From an uncultured Oscillospiraceae bacterium (GTDB lineage: Bacteria > Bacillota > Clostridia > Oscillospirales > Oscillospiraceae): a DNA stretch of 64,000 bases. Position 1 is the stretch's first letter, and each line of letters starts with the position of its first letter. Below the pieces are notes generated by a model that was given only the letters and a program-made list of their open reading frames with translations, was not told the origin of the DNA and searched no databases. Below, piece by piece: positions 27,010 through 37,374 of the stretch. Location: assembly GCA_944386985.1 (NCBI GenBank), contig CALXDD010000012.1, positions 153-64,152 of the forward strand, in the 5' to 3' direction. Made by a program: the position numbers and the translations under genes.

Positions 27010-29673
27010 GTGAGCCCAGTGAAGGAAAAACGCATTGTTCACCGGCGCGTTCTTGACTATGCCTATATGGACAGCAGCGCGCTGTTTCGCGATTTTCATA
27101 TTCCCCCCCAAGGCTACAGCGGAGAGCAGGCGGAGAAAAGCCGGGGGGAATATGGCAGGAATACGTTGTCCGGCCGGGCGTCCGATACGGTGCTCTATCG
27201 TCTGAGAAGGGCGTTCATCAACCCCTTTTCCATCATTTTACTGGTTTTGGCGAGCATTTCCTTTGTGACCGATGTTCTCCTGGCGTCCAATTTCAGTCAG
27301 GACATGACCACAGTGATCATCATCCTCTGCATGCTTCTTACCAGCGGCACCGTGCGGTTTATCCAGGAAATGCGGGCCAAGCGCGTAGCGGATCACCTGA
27401 CGGGGATGATTGCCGCCACCGTGTCGGTATACCGGGACGGCAAATGGACGCCGCTTTCCTCCGCGGAGCTTGTGGTGGGCGATCTGGTCCGCCTGTCTGC
27501 CGGCGACCGCGTCCCGGCGGATATCCGGCTGACGGCGGCGAACGGCCTGTTTGTTTCCCAGTCGGTGATCACAGGCGAGAGCGCAATACTGGAAAAGAAC
27601 GCCGGCGTCCTCCCCCCCGGGCAGGCCCGGTCCTACGCGGAGTACAGCAACATCGTCTTCATGGGCTCCACCCTCACCGGCGGCAGCGGCCAGGGGGTTG
27701 TGCTCGCGGTGGGCAAAGACACGGTTTACGGCGGCTTTTCCTCGGCAAAAGCCCACCGGAAAAACGGGTTTGATCAGGGGGCAAATTCCATCGCGCGGGT
27801 GCTCATCCGTTTTATGGCGGTCCTGATTCCCATCGTTCTGATTGCCTGCGGACTGACAAAGGGCAATTGGTTTTCCGCATTCCTGTTCGCCCTTTCCGTG
27901 GCGGTGGGACTGACGCCGGAGATGCTCCCCATGGTCATGAACGCCTGCCTGGCCAAGGGCGCCGCGGCTATGGGGAAAAAGCAGACCGTGGTCAAAAACA
28001 TCAACGCCATGCAGGGCTTCGGCAGCATGGACATCCTCTGCGTGGACAAGACCGGCACCCTGACCGGCGACACGATCTCCCTGGAGTACTACATGGATAT
28101 CCTGGGCAACGAGAGCGAAAGGGTCCTGGATCTCGCCTATTTGAACAGTCTCTGCCACACGGGAGTCAGCAATCACCTGGACAGCGCCATTCTCAGATGC
28201 CGGGACATGCCGGGGCACGAGGCGCATTTCCGGGATCTGGCGGCAACGTGCCGGAAGATCGGCGAGCTCCCCTTTGACTATGAGCGAAGGCTTGCCAGCG
28301 TCCTGGTGAGGGAGGGAGATCAGAACCTTCTGATCGTCAAGGGCAGCATCGGCGAGGTGTGCCGCCGGTGCAGCCACGCCGCCTACCGGGGGGAGCGCCG
28401 TCCCATGGGGGCCGACGGGGCGGCCAGCGTCCACGCCATTGTGGACGATCTGCTGGAAGACGGCATGAAGGTGCTGGCTGTGGCGTATAAGCCGCTGGAG
28501 CGGGACGATCTGGCGCCGGAGGATGAGCAGGGGCTCACCCTTTTAGGATATCTGGCGTTTTTTGACGCGCCCAAGCGGACCGCCGCCGCGGCCATCGGCA
28601 AGCTGCAGGACCTTCATGTGGAGATCCGGGTGCTGACCGGAGATCACAGGGATGTGGCGGTGTCCATCTGCCAAAGGCTGGGGATTGATACGGCGCAAAC
28701 CCTGACCGGCGGCGAGCTGGAGCGGCTGAGCGCCAGCGAGCTTCCGGCAAGAATCGAGCATACCACCGTGTTCGCGGAGCTGTCGCCGAGGCAGAAGGTG
28801 CAGATTCTGCAGACGCTGCAGGCCAACGGACACACCGTCGGCTTTTTGGGCGACGGCATGAACGATCTGCCCGCCATTGTGGAATCGGACGTGGGGATCT
28901 CGGTGGATACCGCGGCGGAAGCCGTCAAGGAAGGCGCAGACGTGATTTTGCTGAAAAAGGATCTGAATGTGCTGGAGGAGGGAATCCAGGAGGGACGGAC
29001 GGCCTTTGCCAACGTGTCAAAATACATCCGGATCACCGCGTCCTCCAATTTCGGCAATATCTTCTCCATCGTGATTGCCGGCGTGCTGCTCCCCTTTTTC
29101 CCCATGACCTCGGTGCAGCTTCTGCTGCTGAACCTGCTGTACGACATTTTGTGCCTTGTCCTGCCGTGGGACCGTGTGGACGGAGAGGTCCTGGCCCGGC
29201 CTTTGGAGTGGTCCGGCCGGACTCTGGGCCGCTTTATGCGGGTTTTCGGGCCTGTCAGCTCCCTGTTTGACCTTGTCACCTTCGCCTATCTGTTTTTCGT
29301 CCTGTGCCCCTCCGTCTGCGGCGGGAGCTTCTCCTCTCTGGCCGGAAGCGGCGCGCAGGCCCGGTTTATCGCGGTGTTTCAAACCGGCTGGTTTTTGGAA
29401 TCCATGTGGACCCAGGTGCTGATCCTGCATCTGCTGCGTACGCCCAGAGTACCGCTGTTCCAGAGCAAGCCCTCCCGTCCGGTGATGCTCGTCACGCTGA
29501 TGGGGATTTTGCTCTTTACCGTCCTGACCTTCACGCCTGCGGGCGCCCTGATCGGGCTGACCGCCATGCCGCTGCCCTATTTCGGCTATTTGGTGGTGAT
29601 TGTTCTGCTGTACCTTTTGCTGGTCACATGGGCAAAGAGCTGGTACAGGAAAACCTACGGGGAGCTGCTTTGA
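27010..29673 (+). CDS. mgtA: Magnesium-translocating P-type ATPase (paralog 1)
   Basis: 887 aa. Contains DKTGTLT, LGDGMNDLPA and a MgtA-like C-terminal membrane domain. The GTG at 27019 has better spacing to GGAGG than the GTG at 27010. Confidence 0.95.
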   Translation: MSPVKEKRIVHRRVLDYAYMDSSALFRDFHIPPQGYSGEQAEKSRGEYGRNTLSGRASDTVLYRLRRAFINPFSIILLVLASISFVTDVLLASNFSQDMTTVIIILCMLLTSGTVRFIQEMRAKRVADHLTGMIAATVSVYRDGKWTPLSSAELVVGDLVRLSAGDRVPADIRLTAANGLFVSQSVITGESAILEKNAGVLPPGQARSYAEYSNIVFMGSTLTGGSGQGVVLAVGKDTVYGGFSSAKAHRKNGFDQGANSIARVLIRFMAVLIPIVLIACGLTKGNWFSAFLFALSVAVGLTPEMLPMVMNACLAKGAAAMGKKQTVVKNINAMQGFGSMDILCVDKTGTLTGDTISLEYYMDILGNESERVLDLAYLNSLCHTGVSNHLDSAILRCRDMPGHEAHFRDLAATCRKIGELPFDYERRLASVLVREGDQNLLIVKGSIGEVCRRCSHAAYRGERRPMGADGAASVHAIVDDLLEDGMKVLAVAYKPLERDDLAPEDEQGLTLLGYLAFFDAPKRTAAAAIGKLQDLHVEIRVLTGDHRDVAVSICQRLGIDTAQTLTGGELERLSASELPARIEHTTVFAELSPRQKVQILQTLQANGHTVGFLGDGMNDLPAIVESDVGISVDTAAEAVKEGADVILLKKDLNVLEEGIQEGRTAFANVSKYIRITASSNFGNIFSIVIAGVLLPFFPMTSVQLLLLNLLYDILCLVLPWDRVDGEVLARPLEWSGRTLGRFMRVFGPVSSLFDLVTFAYLFFVLCPSVCGGSFSSLAGSGAQARFIAVFQTGWFLESMWTQVLILHLLRTPRVPLFQSKPSRPVMLVTLMGILLFTVLTFTPAGALIGLTAMPLPYFGYLVVIVLLYLLLVTWAKSWYRKTYGELL

Positions 29674-29690
29674 GAAAGGAGGAATCTGGC

Positions 29691-30188
29691 ATGAAAAAGA
29701 AAATCGGCCTGATCGCTCTGGATTTTGTCCTTGCAAAATGGCTCTACGAAAAGCTCCGCGTTTCCGCCCCCGATACCCCTGCCGCCGGCGAGCTGCGGGA
29801 GGGGCTTGCAGAGCTGATGGACGGCAGGGCGGATTCGCTCATGCTGGAACTGGGGGAGGCGGAGGCTCCGGTCCCGGCGGGGGATACCCTGCGCTGCGGT
29901 GAATTATCCATCGACCTGAGACTGCGCAGAGTGATCCGGTCGGGAGAGGAGATCACACTGACCCCGAAGGAATTCGACATTCTGTACTTTCTGGCCCGCA
30001 ACCGGGGAGAGGTGTTTACCAAGGAACAGATCTACCAGGCCGTGTGGGAGAAGGATTACCTGCTGGACGACAGCAACATCATGTCGTTCATCCGAAAACT
30101 CCGAAAGAAAATCGAGCCCAATCCGGACGCCCCGGAGTACATCCTGACCATTTGGGGCATCGGGTATAAGTTCAGCGACAAGCTGTAG
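29691..30188 (+). CDS. OmpR/PhoB-type winged-helix DNA-binding protein with a truncated receiver-like N-terminus
   Basis: 165 aa. RBS AAAGGAGG. C-terminal wHTH: LTPKEFDILYFLARNRGEVFTKEQIY...IWGIGYKF. The N-terminal part is only ~65 aa, too short for a receiver domain. Confidence 0.8.
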   Translation: MKKKIGLIALDFVLAKWLYEKLRVSAPDTPAAGELREGLAELMDGRADSLMLELGEAEAPVPAGDTLRCGELSIDLRLRRVIRSGEEITLTPKEFDILYFLARNRGEVFTKEQIYQAVWEKDYLLDDSNIMSFIRKLRKKIEPNPDAPEYILTIWGIGYKFSDKL

Positions 30189-30214
30189 GGGCGCGTTCTG
30201 ACCAAATCGCAAGG

Positions 30215-30257
30215 AAATCGCAAGGCTTTGACCATGGGATTCTCCTTGCGATTTTTG
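30215..30257 (+). terminator. Intrinsic terminator after the mgtA1-regulator pair
   Basis: AAATCGCAAGG, an 18-nt loop, CCTTGCGATTT, then TTTTG. A second tandem copy of the 5' arm lies at 30204-30214. Confidence 0.6.
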
Positions 30258-30459
30258 TATTCTGGGCAATGGCCGGCGGGACAGCCTCTCCTGTTTCTCT
30301 CCACCCGCCGCGGCCTCCCATTCCAGATAAAAAGCGAGGTGAAGGACATGGATACCGGCGGCAGTCCACGAAAATATTCAGGCGGCGCGGAGGGCGGCAG
30401 GTCTCCTGCCCTTCCCGCGATCCCGCCTGCTTCCATGCAAAACAAAGGAGGTAAGGCCC

Positions 30460-33225
30460 ATGACCAAGAAAGAACACCGCATTTTTATGCGCCACACGGC
30501 GGAGGCGGCCGTAATCCGCGACGAGGCGAACCGCCGGGTGACCCGCGCCGCCACCAATCCCGCCGCGCAGGTTTTGAAGGACCTGCATACCACGCTGCGC
30601 GGCCTTGACGCGGAAGCTGTCGCCGCAAGCCGGAGCAGCTGCGGCAGCAACAAAGTGACCCGCGAGAAAAAGAAGTCCCTTGCAAAACGGCTGGCCGGCG
30701 CGTTTATCAATCCCTTCACGGCCATTCTCTTCTGCCTGGCGCTGGTATCCACCATCACGGATATGGTGCTTCCATACTTCTCCCTTTTCGGCAGCACCCC
30801 GGAGGATTTTGACTGCCTGACCGCAGCCATCATCCTGACGATGGTGGTGATCTCCGGCACGCTTCGCTTCGTGCAGGAATCCAGAAGCGGAAACGCGGCG
30901 GAAAAGCTGCTGGCGATGATCACCACCACCTGCACCGTCACCCGCAAGGGGCTGGAAAAGGCGGAGATCCCCATGGACGAGCTGGTGGTGGGCGACATTG
31001 TACACCTGTCCGCCGGGGATATGATTCCCGCGGATGTGCGGATTTTAGAGGCCAAGGATCTGTTTATCAGCCAGGCCAGCCTGACCGGCGAGAGCGAGCC
31101 GGTGGAGAAAACGCCCCAGATGAACGGAGCGCGGGAGAGCGTAACCGACTATACCAACATCGCCTTCATGGGCAGCAGCGTGGTTTCCGGCAGCGCCACC
31201 GCCGCTGCAGTATGCGTGGGGGACCACACGCTGTTTGGCTCCATGGCCGCAGCGGTGGCGGGAGAGGCGGTGGAAACCAGCTTTACCAAGGGCGTCAACG
31301 CGGTTTCCTGGGTGCTGATCCGCTTTATGCTGGTCATGGTTCCTCTGGTGTTTCTCCTCAACGGCATCACCAAGGGGGACTGGCTGGACGCCTTTTTGTT
31401 CGGCATTTCCATCGCCGTCGGCCTGACTCCGGAGATGCTCCCCATGATCGTGACCACCAGCCTCGCCAAGGGCGCGGTGTCCATGAGCAAAAAGCGGACC
31501 ATCGTCAAGAACCTCAACTCCATTCAGAATTTCGGAGCAATGGACATCCTCTGCACCGACAAGACCGGAACGCTGACCCAGGACCGGGTCGTACTGGAAT
31601 ACCACCGCAACGTAAACGGCGAGGACGATCTGCGGGTACTGCGCCACGCCTATCTCAACAGCTATTTCCAGACCGGCTACAAAAATCTGATGGATCTGGC
31701 CATCATCCGCAAGACGGAGGAGGCGGAGGCGGAGGATCCCCGGCTGACGGATCTGTCGGAAGCCTACCGGAAGGTGGACGAGATCCCGTTTGATTTTACC
31801 CGCCGGCGCCTGACGACCGTGGTACAGGACAAAACCGGCAAAACCCAGATGGTGACCAAGGGCGCGGTGGAGGAGATGCTCTCCATCTGTGCCTTTGCGG
31901 AAGACGGCAGCGGCGTGCGGCCGCTGACCAACGAGGTGCGCCGCCGCATTCTTCAAGCGGTGGACGGTCTCAGCAGGGAGGGGTTTCGCGTCCTGGCCAT
32001 TGCCCAGAAGAGCACTCCGTCTCCCGCGGGCGCCTTTGGGGCAGAGGACGAGCGGGATATGGTGCTGATGGGCTATCTGGCCTTTCTCGATCCGCCCAAG
32101 GAGTCCGCGGCAAAGGCCATCCGGGCGCTGAACGCCCACGGCGTGACGGTCAAGATCCTCACCGGCGACAACGACAAGGTGACCCGCACCATCTGCAGGC
32201 AGGTGGGGCTGAAGGTCCGCGGCATGCTGCTGGGCGCGGAACTGGACGCCATGAACGACGCGGAGCTGGCAGAGGCGGCCAAATCCACGGATGTGTTTGC
32301 AAAGCTGACCCCCGGCCAGAAGGCCCGGGTAGTTTCGGTGCTCCGGGAAAACGGCCATACGGTCGGCTTTATGGGCGACGGGATCAACGACGCCGCCGCC
32401 ATGAAAGGAGCCGACATCGGCATTTCCGTGGATACCGCCGTGGATGTGGCAAAGGAGTCGGCGGACATCATCCTGCTGGAAAAGGATCTGATGGTTCTGG
32501 AACAGGGGATCATTGAGGGCCGCAAGACCTATGCAAACATGATCAAGTACATCAAGATGACCGCCTCCTCCAACTTCGGCAACATGTTTTCGGTGCTGGC
32601 CGCCGCTGCGCTGCTGCCCTTCCTCCCCATGATGAGCGTGCATCTGATCTTCCTGAACCTCATCTACGACCTGTCCTGCACCGCCATCCCCTGGGACAAT
32701 GTGGACGAGGAGTTTATTGCGAAGCCCCGGAAATGGGACGCGTCCAGCATCGGCAGCTTTATGCTCTGGATCGGACCCACCGGCTCCATCTTTGACTTTA
32801 CCACCTATCTGTTCCTCTACTTTGTCTTCTGCCCGCTGTTCCTCACAGGCGGCGTGCTGTTCAGCGACCTGCCGGCCCATTTCAGCGGCGCGGAGCTTGC
32901 CGTGATGCAGGCAAAATACATCGGTATGTTCCAGGCGGGCTGGTTTGTGGAGTCCATGTGGAGCCAGACCTTTGTGATTCACATGATCCGCACCCCCAAG
33001 CTCCCCTTTCTTCAAAGCCGCGCCTCAGCGCCTTTGACGGTGCTGACATTGGCCGGGATCACCGTCCTTACCATCATCCCCTTCACCCCCTTCGGCGCGG
33101 CGCTGGGATTCGTGGCCCTGCCCGCCGCATACTTCGCCTATCTGCTCCCGTGCATCCTGCTTTATATGGTGCTGGCCACCAGCTTGAAAAAGGCCTATGT
33201 GCGGCACTACGGAGAACTGCTGTAA
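30460..33225 (+). CDS. mgtA: Magnesium-translocating P-type ATPase (paralog 2)
   Basis: 921 aa. Contains DKTGTLT and [31 protein letters not shown]. Confidence 0.95.
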   Translation: MTKKEHRIFMRHTAEAAVIRDEANRRVTRAATNPAAQVLKDLHTTLRGLDAEAVAASRSSCGSNKVTREKKKSLAKRLAGAFINPFTAILFCLALVSTITDMVLPYFSLFGSTPEDFDCLTAAIILTMVVISGTLRFVQESRSGNAAEKLLAMITTTCTVTRKGLEKAEIPMDELVVGDIVHLSAGDMIPADVRILEAKDLFISQASLTGESEPVEKTPQMNGARESVTDYTNIAFMGSSVVSGSATAAAVCVGDHTLFGSMAAAVAGEAVETSFTKGVNAVSWVLIRFMLVMVPLVFLLNGITKGDWLDAFLFGISIAVGLTPEMLPMIVTTSLAKGAVSMSKKRTIVKNLNSIQNFGAMDILCTDKTGTLTQDRVVLEYHRNVNGEDDLRVLRHAYLNSYFQTGYKNLMDLAIIRKTEEAEAEDPRLTDLSEAYRKVDEIPFDFTRRRLTTVVQDKTGKTQMVTKGAVEEMLSICAFAEDGSGVRPLTNEVRRRILQAVDGLSREGFRVLAIAQKSTPSPAGAFGAEDERDMVLMGYLAFLDPPKESAAKAIRALNAHGVTVKILTGDNDKVTRTICRQVGLKVRGMLLGAELDAMNDAELAEAAKSTDVFAKLTPGQKARVVSVLRENGHTVGFMGDGINDAAAMKGADIGISVDTAVDVAKESADIILLEKDLMVLEQGIIEGRKTYANMIKYIKMTASSNFGNMFSVLAAAALLPFLPMMSVHLIFLNLIYDLSCTAIPWDNVDEEFIAKPRKWDASSIGSFMLWIGPTGSIFDFTTYLFLYFVFCPLFLTGGVLFSDLPAHFSGAELAVMQAKYIGMFQAGWFVESMWSQTFVIHMIRTPKLPFLQSRASAPLTVLTLAGITVLTIIPFTPFGAALGFVALPAAYFAYLLPCILLYMVLATSLKKAYVRHYGELL

Positions 33226-33243
33226 AGATTGGAGGCGTTATCT

Positions 33244-33459
33244 ATGAACTGGGCAAAAATCTGGATGGATCTGTTTAAAACCACTTCCTTTTTAGGGATC
33301 GACATGGGGTTCTGGGCCGCAATGGCGGCTGTGGCGCTGATCGTTATATTGATGAACGCGGTATTCTGGGGCATGAAGCCCAAACAGAAGGACCGGAACG
33401 CGGGGACTTGCGCCCCTCCTATTCCAACAGCTCCCGCCTCTTCCGGCGGCTGCAGGTGA
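33244..33459 (+). CDS. Possible small membrane protein immediately downstream of mgtA2
   Basis: 71 aa. GGAGG, 8 nt, then ATG. One TM segment (FWAAMAAVALIVILMNAVFWG). The tail overlaps the convergent gene by 41 nt. Confidence 0.35.
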   Translation: MNWAKIWMDLFKTTSFLGIDMGFWAAMAAVALIVILMNAVFWGMKPKQKDRNAGTCAPPIPTAPASSGGCR

Positions 33460-34630
33460 GGACGCACAGCCCCAGCCCTAAAAGCAGCAGAATCACGATC
33501 ACAGCAAATTCCGTCCCCTTGGGCATCCAGGGGCCGTTTTCCCAGAAGCGCCGGAAGAAGAAGGGCTGGTCCAAAAGCCAGCTCCCCAGCACCGCCCCCA
33601 CCGCCGCAAACAGCGGCAAAGCCTTCAGCAGCATGGCGATATAGCTGCCGCTGTACTGGGAGAGGAACACCGTGAGGCCGGCGGCTGCCAGGGACAACGC
33701 CAGGATCAGCCCCACCAGCACCGCGAGATAGGTCCCGTAGGTCCAGTCAAACCAGGGCGTGCCCCATTCCCAGATGCCGTCCAGGCCGCAATGGCGAAAT
33801 TGGAGGGGGCCCTGGGCCAAAAAGGGGATGGCGTAAACGACTATGTTGACGGCTGTCAGCACAAGGGCGGAGCTTAGAGCCGCCGCCATCTGGGTGGTCA
33901 GGATCGACCGGCCCCGGCGGGAGGCCCACTGCATGGGCCGGGTCCGCCGCAGCCGGTCCCGCACCAGCGTAGGGGAGAGCAGCAGCACCACGCTCAAAAC
34001 GCACCACACCGCCAGGTCCCTGCCATACTCCCGGGTGGACTCTCTGACCGCCCCGGGCAGCAGAGTGTGGCGCAGGTCGGACACAGCCAGCTGCTCCTCC
34101 CGACGGATCATGGCTTCCGGCTGTCCCTCCTCCCTTCTGCCGGAGATCACCAGGGCGCTGCGCTCTTCCTGGGTGTCATACAGCTCCATGGCATACTGGA
34201 TCTCCGTGATGATATACCAGTTGGTGCCGCCGTACACCCTGTGGACCAGGAATTCCAGATCCATATCCGCCTCACCGTCGGAGGCGGCGGCGCCGGAGTA
34301 GTACCCCTCCCGGAATCGTTCAAAGGTCTCATAGTCCGTAAGCCCCGCCGCGGCGGCCTCCGGGATGGCGGCGATCTGTTGGTCAAATTCCCCAATTTCC
34401 GCCGCCAGCCGGCCGTCCAGCTCCGCCCGCTCCTCCGGTTCCAGGGTGGGCCCGTACTCCGCCACCCACTCCGAAGCCAGCTGGAACTCGGCCCGGGCGG
34501 CAGGGCCGTTGCAGAAGTATTCGATGTAGAACTCCGGGAACATCCAGTAGTACACCGCCCCCAGCAGCAAAATCGCCGCCAGGATGCCGGGACGCCAGAT
34601 CTTCCGCAGCTCCCACGCCAAAAGTCTCAT
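33419..34630 (-). CDS. Membrane protein, probable ABC-2-type permease component
   Basis: Start trimmed to MRLLAWELRKIW (ATGA overlap with the upstream stop). 403 aa, several TM segments. Confidence 0.75.
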   Translation of the reverse strand: MRLLAWELRKIWRPGILAAILLLGAVYYWMFPEFYIEYFCNGPAARAEFQLASEWVAEYGPTLEPEERAELDGRLAAEIGEFDQQIAAIPEAAAAGLTDYETFERFREGYYSGAAASDGEADMDLEFLVHRVYGGTNWYIITEIQYAMELYDTQEERSALVISGRREEGQPEAMIRREEQLAVSDLRHTLLPGAVRESTREYGRDLAVWCVLSVVLLLSPTLVRDRLRRTRPMQWASRRGRSILTTQMAAALSSALVLTAVNIVVYAIPFLAQGPLQFRHCGLDGIWEWGTPWFDWTYGTYLAVLVGLILALSLAAAGLTVFLSQYSGSYIAMLLKALPLFAAVGAVLGSWLLDQPFFFRRFWENGPWMPKGTEFAVIVILLLLGLGLCVLTCSRRKRRELLE

Positions 34631-35775
34631 GCCAACACATCCTTTCTCTTGAAGCGGTCCAGAGCCAGGGCCGTCCCCATGCCGAGCAGCAGCAGATTTC
34701 CCGCCGCAGCGATGGTCTCCTGCCAGGGCAGCACCGCGTTGAGGCCCAGTTCCGTAAACCACCCGCCGCAGTTGATCCATACCAGGGGGAGCTGGAAGCA
34801 GGAGATCACATATCCCACCCACAGCTTCAGGTTCCGCAGAGCGGAGGTGAGTCCCAGGCCGCCAAAGCACAGGATCCCCACCGCCAGCGCCGCCAGATAG
34901 GGACTGCGGACCAGCGTGCCGCAGAGGGCGGCCAGCAGGGAAAACGCCGCCGTCAGCGCAGCCCCCAGCCCCAGCGCCGCCGCCAGATACTCCGCCACCG
35001 TGAAGTCTCCCCAGGTGAGAAAGGGCCGCGTCAGCAGCATATCCGTGAGGTAGTTGAACTGGCTGGAGACGCTGGCACTCCAGATCCCCCTGTAGTCAAA
35101 CCGCGCAAAGTACAGTCCCAGTGTGGGCACGGCCACCAGAACCAGAAGGAGCAAAGAGGCTCCAAGGGACGAGAGCACCTTGATCCGCCGCAGCCGCCGC
35201 CCGGTGCGGGAGGCGCAGGCGAGGCTCTCCGTCCTGTGGATCTCCTCATAGCTCAGAAGATACAGCGTCCCCAGCATGGCGGCTGCAGCCGCCTCCCCCA
35301 GGATGGACCGCATCAGCGTTCCGAAGAGAAACTGGTGGCTCCCCTGGGTGACAGGCCCGGCGTACAGGTCCATCCCGGCGTCCGTCCGGGCCAGATGATC
35401 CACCCGCTTCGCCAGCCCATCATATTTCCAGGCCATCCACGACGCGGCCGTGGGGGACGCCTTCACCACATCCGTGTAGAACTCCTTCAAAATGCCGGCG
35501 TCGTAAGTCTCGAAGCTGTCCTCCATACCAGTGACGGACTGGAGCAGAACGGTCCGGTTCTCCGTCTCCGGCAGGGCCGCCAGACCATCCAAAAACGTCT
35601 GATCCACCCGCTGGCCCAGGAGGGCGGCGTCCGCCGAGGTCTCGTTGAAGAAGGCCCGGTCCCACTCCGAGAGGGTGCAGATCAAAAACACATTGAACAG
35701 AAGGCTCAGCCCCAAAAACGCCCACAGGGCCGGCAGGAGGAAGAGCTTGCGCCACTCATACACGGCAAGGCTCAT
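34627..35775 (-). CDS. Membrane protein, probable ABC-2-type permease component
   Basis: 382 aa, polytopic. ATGA overlap with the ATPase gene. Confidence 0.8.
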   Translation of the reverse strand: MSLAVYEWRKLFLLPALWAFLGLSLLFNVFLICTLSEWDRAFFNETSADAALLGQRVDQTFLDGLAALPETENRTVLLQSVTGMEDSFETYDAGILKEFYTDVVKASPTAASWMAWKYDGLAKRVDHLARTDAGMDLYAGPVTQGSHQFLFGTLMRSILGEAAAAAMLGTLYLLSYEEIHRTESLACASRTGRRLRRIKVLSSLGASLLLLVLVAVPTLGLYFARFDYRGIWSASVSSQFNYLTDMLLTRPFLTWGDFTVAEYLAAALGLGAALTAAFSLLAALCGTLVRSPYLAALAVGILCFGGLGLTSALRNLKLWVGYVISCFQLPLVWINCGGWFTELGLNAVLPWQETIAAAGNLLLLGMGTALALDRFKRKDVLA

Positions 35776-36623
35776 GGCTGTCCCTCCCGGTAGATGGCGA
35801 GAAAGGCGTCCTCCAGTCCCGGAACCACGGAAACGGCCCCGGGGGGCGGGTTTTCCGTCAGAACGCGCAGCACCGGCCCCGCCTCCCCCTGTCCCTCGCT
35901 GAGGAGGAACTGGTCCGGCTGCAGATGTGTCCCCGCCGGGACCTGAAAGACCTTTCCGTGAAACCGGGCGCAGATCTTAGCGGGGGCGTCGCAGCAGTAG
36001 AGGCGGTGGTCTCGGAACATAACGATCTGCCCGGCGATGGTCTCCACATCGGAGACGATGTGGGTGGACAGCAGCACGATCCGGTCCTCCGCCAAAGAGT
36101 GGATCAGATTCCGGAACCGCACCCGCTCCCGGGGGTCCAGTCCGGCTGTGGGCTCGTCCAGAATCAGCAGCCGTGGGTCGTTCAGCATGGCGCAGGCGAT
36201 GCCCACCCGCTGGATCATGCCGCCGGAGAACTTCTTCAGCTTCCGCTCGCCGTCCTCCCCCAGCCCCACCAGCTCCAAAAGGCGGCGGATGCGCCCCTCC
36301 GCCTCCCCCTTGGGAATACACTGAAGGGCGGCCGCATACCGCAGAAACTGCCGGGGGGTGTAGTTGGGATAGTACCCGAACTGCTGGGGGAGATACCCCA
36401 GCAGCCCCCGGTAATCCGCCCCCAGGGCCAGAATGTCCTCTCCATCCCAGAGGATCTGCCCCTTTGTGGGGAACAAAAGCGTGGCCAGCATTTTCATAAG
36501 GGTGGTCTTTCCCGCGCCGTTGGGGCCCAGCAGCCCGTAGACGCCGGGAGAAAAGGTGAGGGAGATGTCCTCCAGGGCGGTGAAATTTCCATACCGCTTG
36601 GTGACGTGTTCAACCGAGAGCAT
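35772..36623 (-). CDS. ABC transporter ATP-binding protein (ABC-2 exporter type)
   Basis: 283 aa. Walker A GPNGAGKTT, signature FSGGM, Walker B LLILDEPT. Confidence 0.95.
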   Translation of the reverse strand: MLSVEHVTKRYGNFTALEDISLTFSPGVYGLLGPNGAGKTTLMKMLATLLFPTKGQILWDGEDILALGADYRGLLGYLPQQFGYYPNYTPRQFLRYAAALQCIPKGEAEGRIRRLLELVGLGEDGERKLKKFSGGMIQRVGIACAMLNDPRLLILDEPTAGLDPRERVRFRNLIHSLAEDRIVLLSTHIVSDVETIAGQIVMFRDHRLYCCDAPAKICARFHGKVFQVPAGTHLQPDQFLLSEGQGEAGPVLRVLTENPPPGAVSVVPGLEDAFLAIYREGQP

Positions 36624-37374
36624 AGGCGTTTCCTCCTTCCTCGCGCCGCCGGCAGAAGCGGCGCAGTTCCATGAAATACAAAGTCAAAGCGGCAGCGGCC
36701 AGCAGGAAAAACAGCACCGTCGGCACGCCGTTTAGCCACCGGGCGGCCCGCTCCCACAGCACCGGCACAATTCCCAGCGCCGCCCAGGCCGCCGGGGCAA
36801 TCAGCAGTCCCGCAAGCCCCCGCAGCCGCAGGCAGTAGAGGGACAGCATCCCATACAGGCACAGGCCGGAGACGGACAGGGCCGCCATCCGGGAGAGGGA
36901 AACCGTCCCGCCCGCAAGATGCCACAGCAGCAGGTTGACCGGCACACAGATCAGCACCGACGTCCCGCCGAATACCAGCATCCGCAGCGCGGTCATGGCC
37001 CGCAGGGAGACCCGGCAGGTCTCCCGCCACTCCAGCGCGCCGGACTGGGCCTCCTTCCAGGCGGTCAGCAGGTGGAGGGCGGCGTACAGCGCCGGGGACA
37101 GCAAAAACAGCGCCGGGCCCACAGGCCCCTGCTGGGCTGCCGCGGCCGCCGCCGGCAGAAGGCACAAAACCAGAACCAGCGCCGAGAGAAACAGGCAGTC
37201 CGCCTCACCGAAAAACAGGGCGCGGAAGCCCACCGCCCGGAGCGTTTCCCCCAGCACAGGCCAAAGCCCCGGCCGGGCCGGAAGTCCCTCATCCAGAATT
37301 CGGGCCACGGCGGCATCCTTTTCCTCCTCCGTGGGCATGGGAATTTCGTTCCAGCGGTTATCCATTTGGATCAA
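36610..37374 (-). CDS. Polytopic membrane protein in the anti-sigma position
   Basis: 254 aa. Overlaps the sigma-factor stop. Cytoplasmic N-terminus followed by about 6 TM segments. No recognisable zinc-finger motif. Confidence 0.7.
   Translation of the reverse strand: MIQMDNRWNEIPMPTEEEKDAAVARILDEGLPARPGLWPVLGETLRAVGFRALFFGEADCLFLSALVLVLCLLPAAAAAAQQGPVGPALFLLSPALYAALHLLTAWKEAQSGALEWRETCRVSLRAMTALRMLVFGGTSVLICVPVNLLLWHLAGGTVSLSRMAALSVSGLCLYGMLSLYCLRLRGLAGLLIAPAAWAALGIVPVLWERAARWLNGVPTVLFFLLAAAALTLYFMELRRFCRRREEGGNAYALG

Noticed and set aside
31045-33015. 656-aa minus-strand ORF inside mgtA2, and the similar 27238-28434 ORF inside mgtA1
   Set aside because: They are antisense to P-type ATPase genes that carry DKTGTLT and GDG(I/M)ND motifs.
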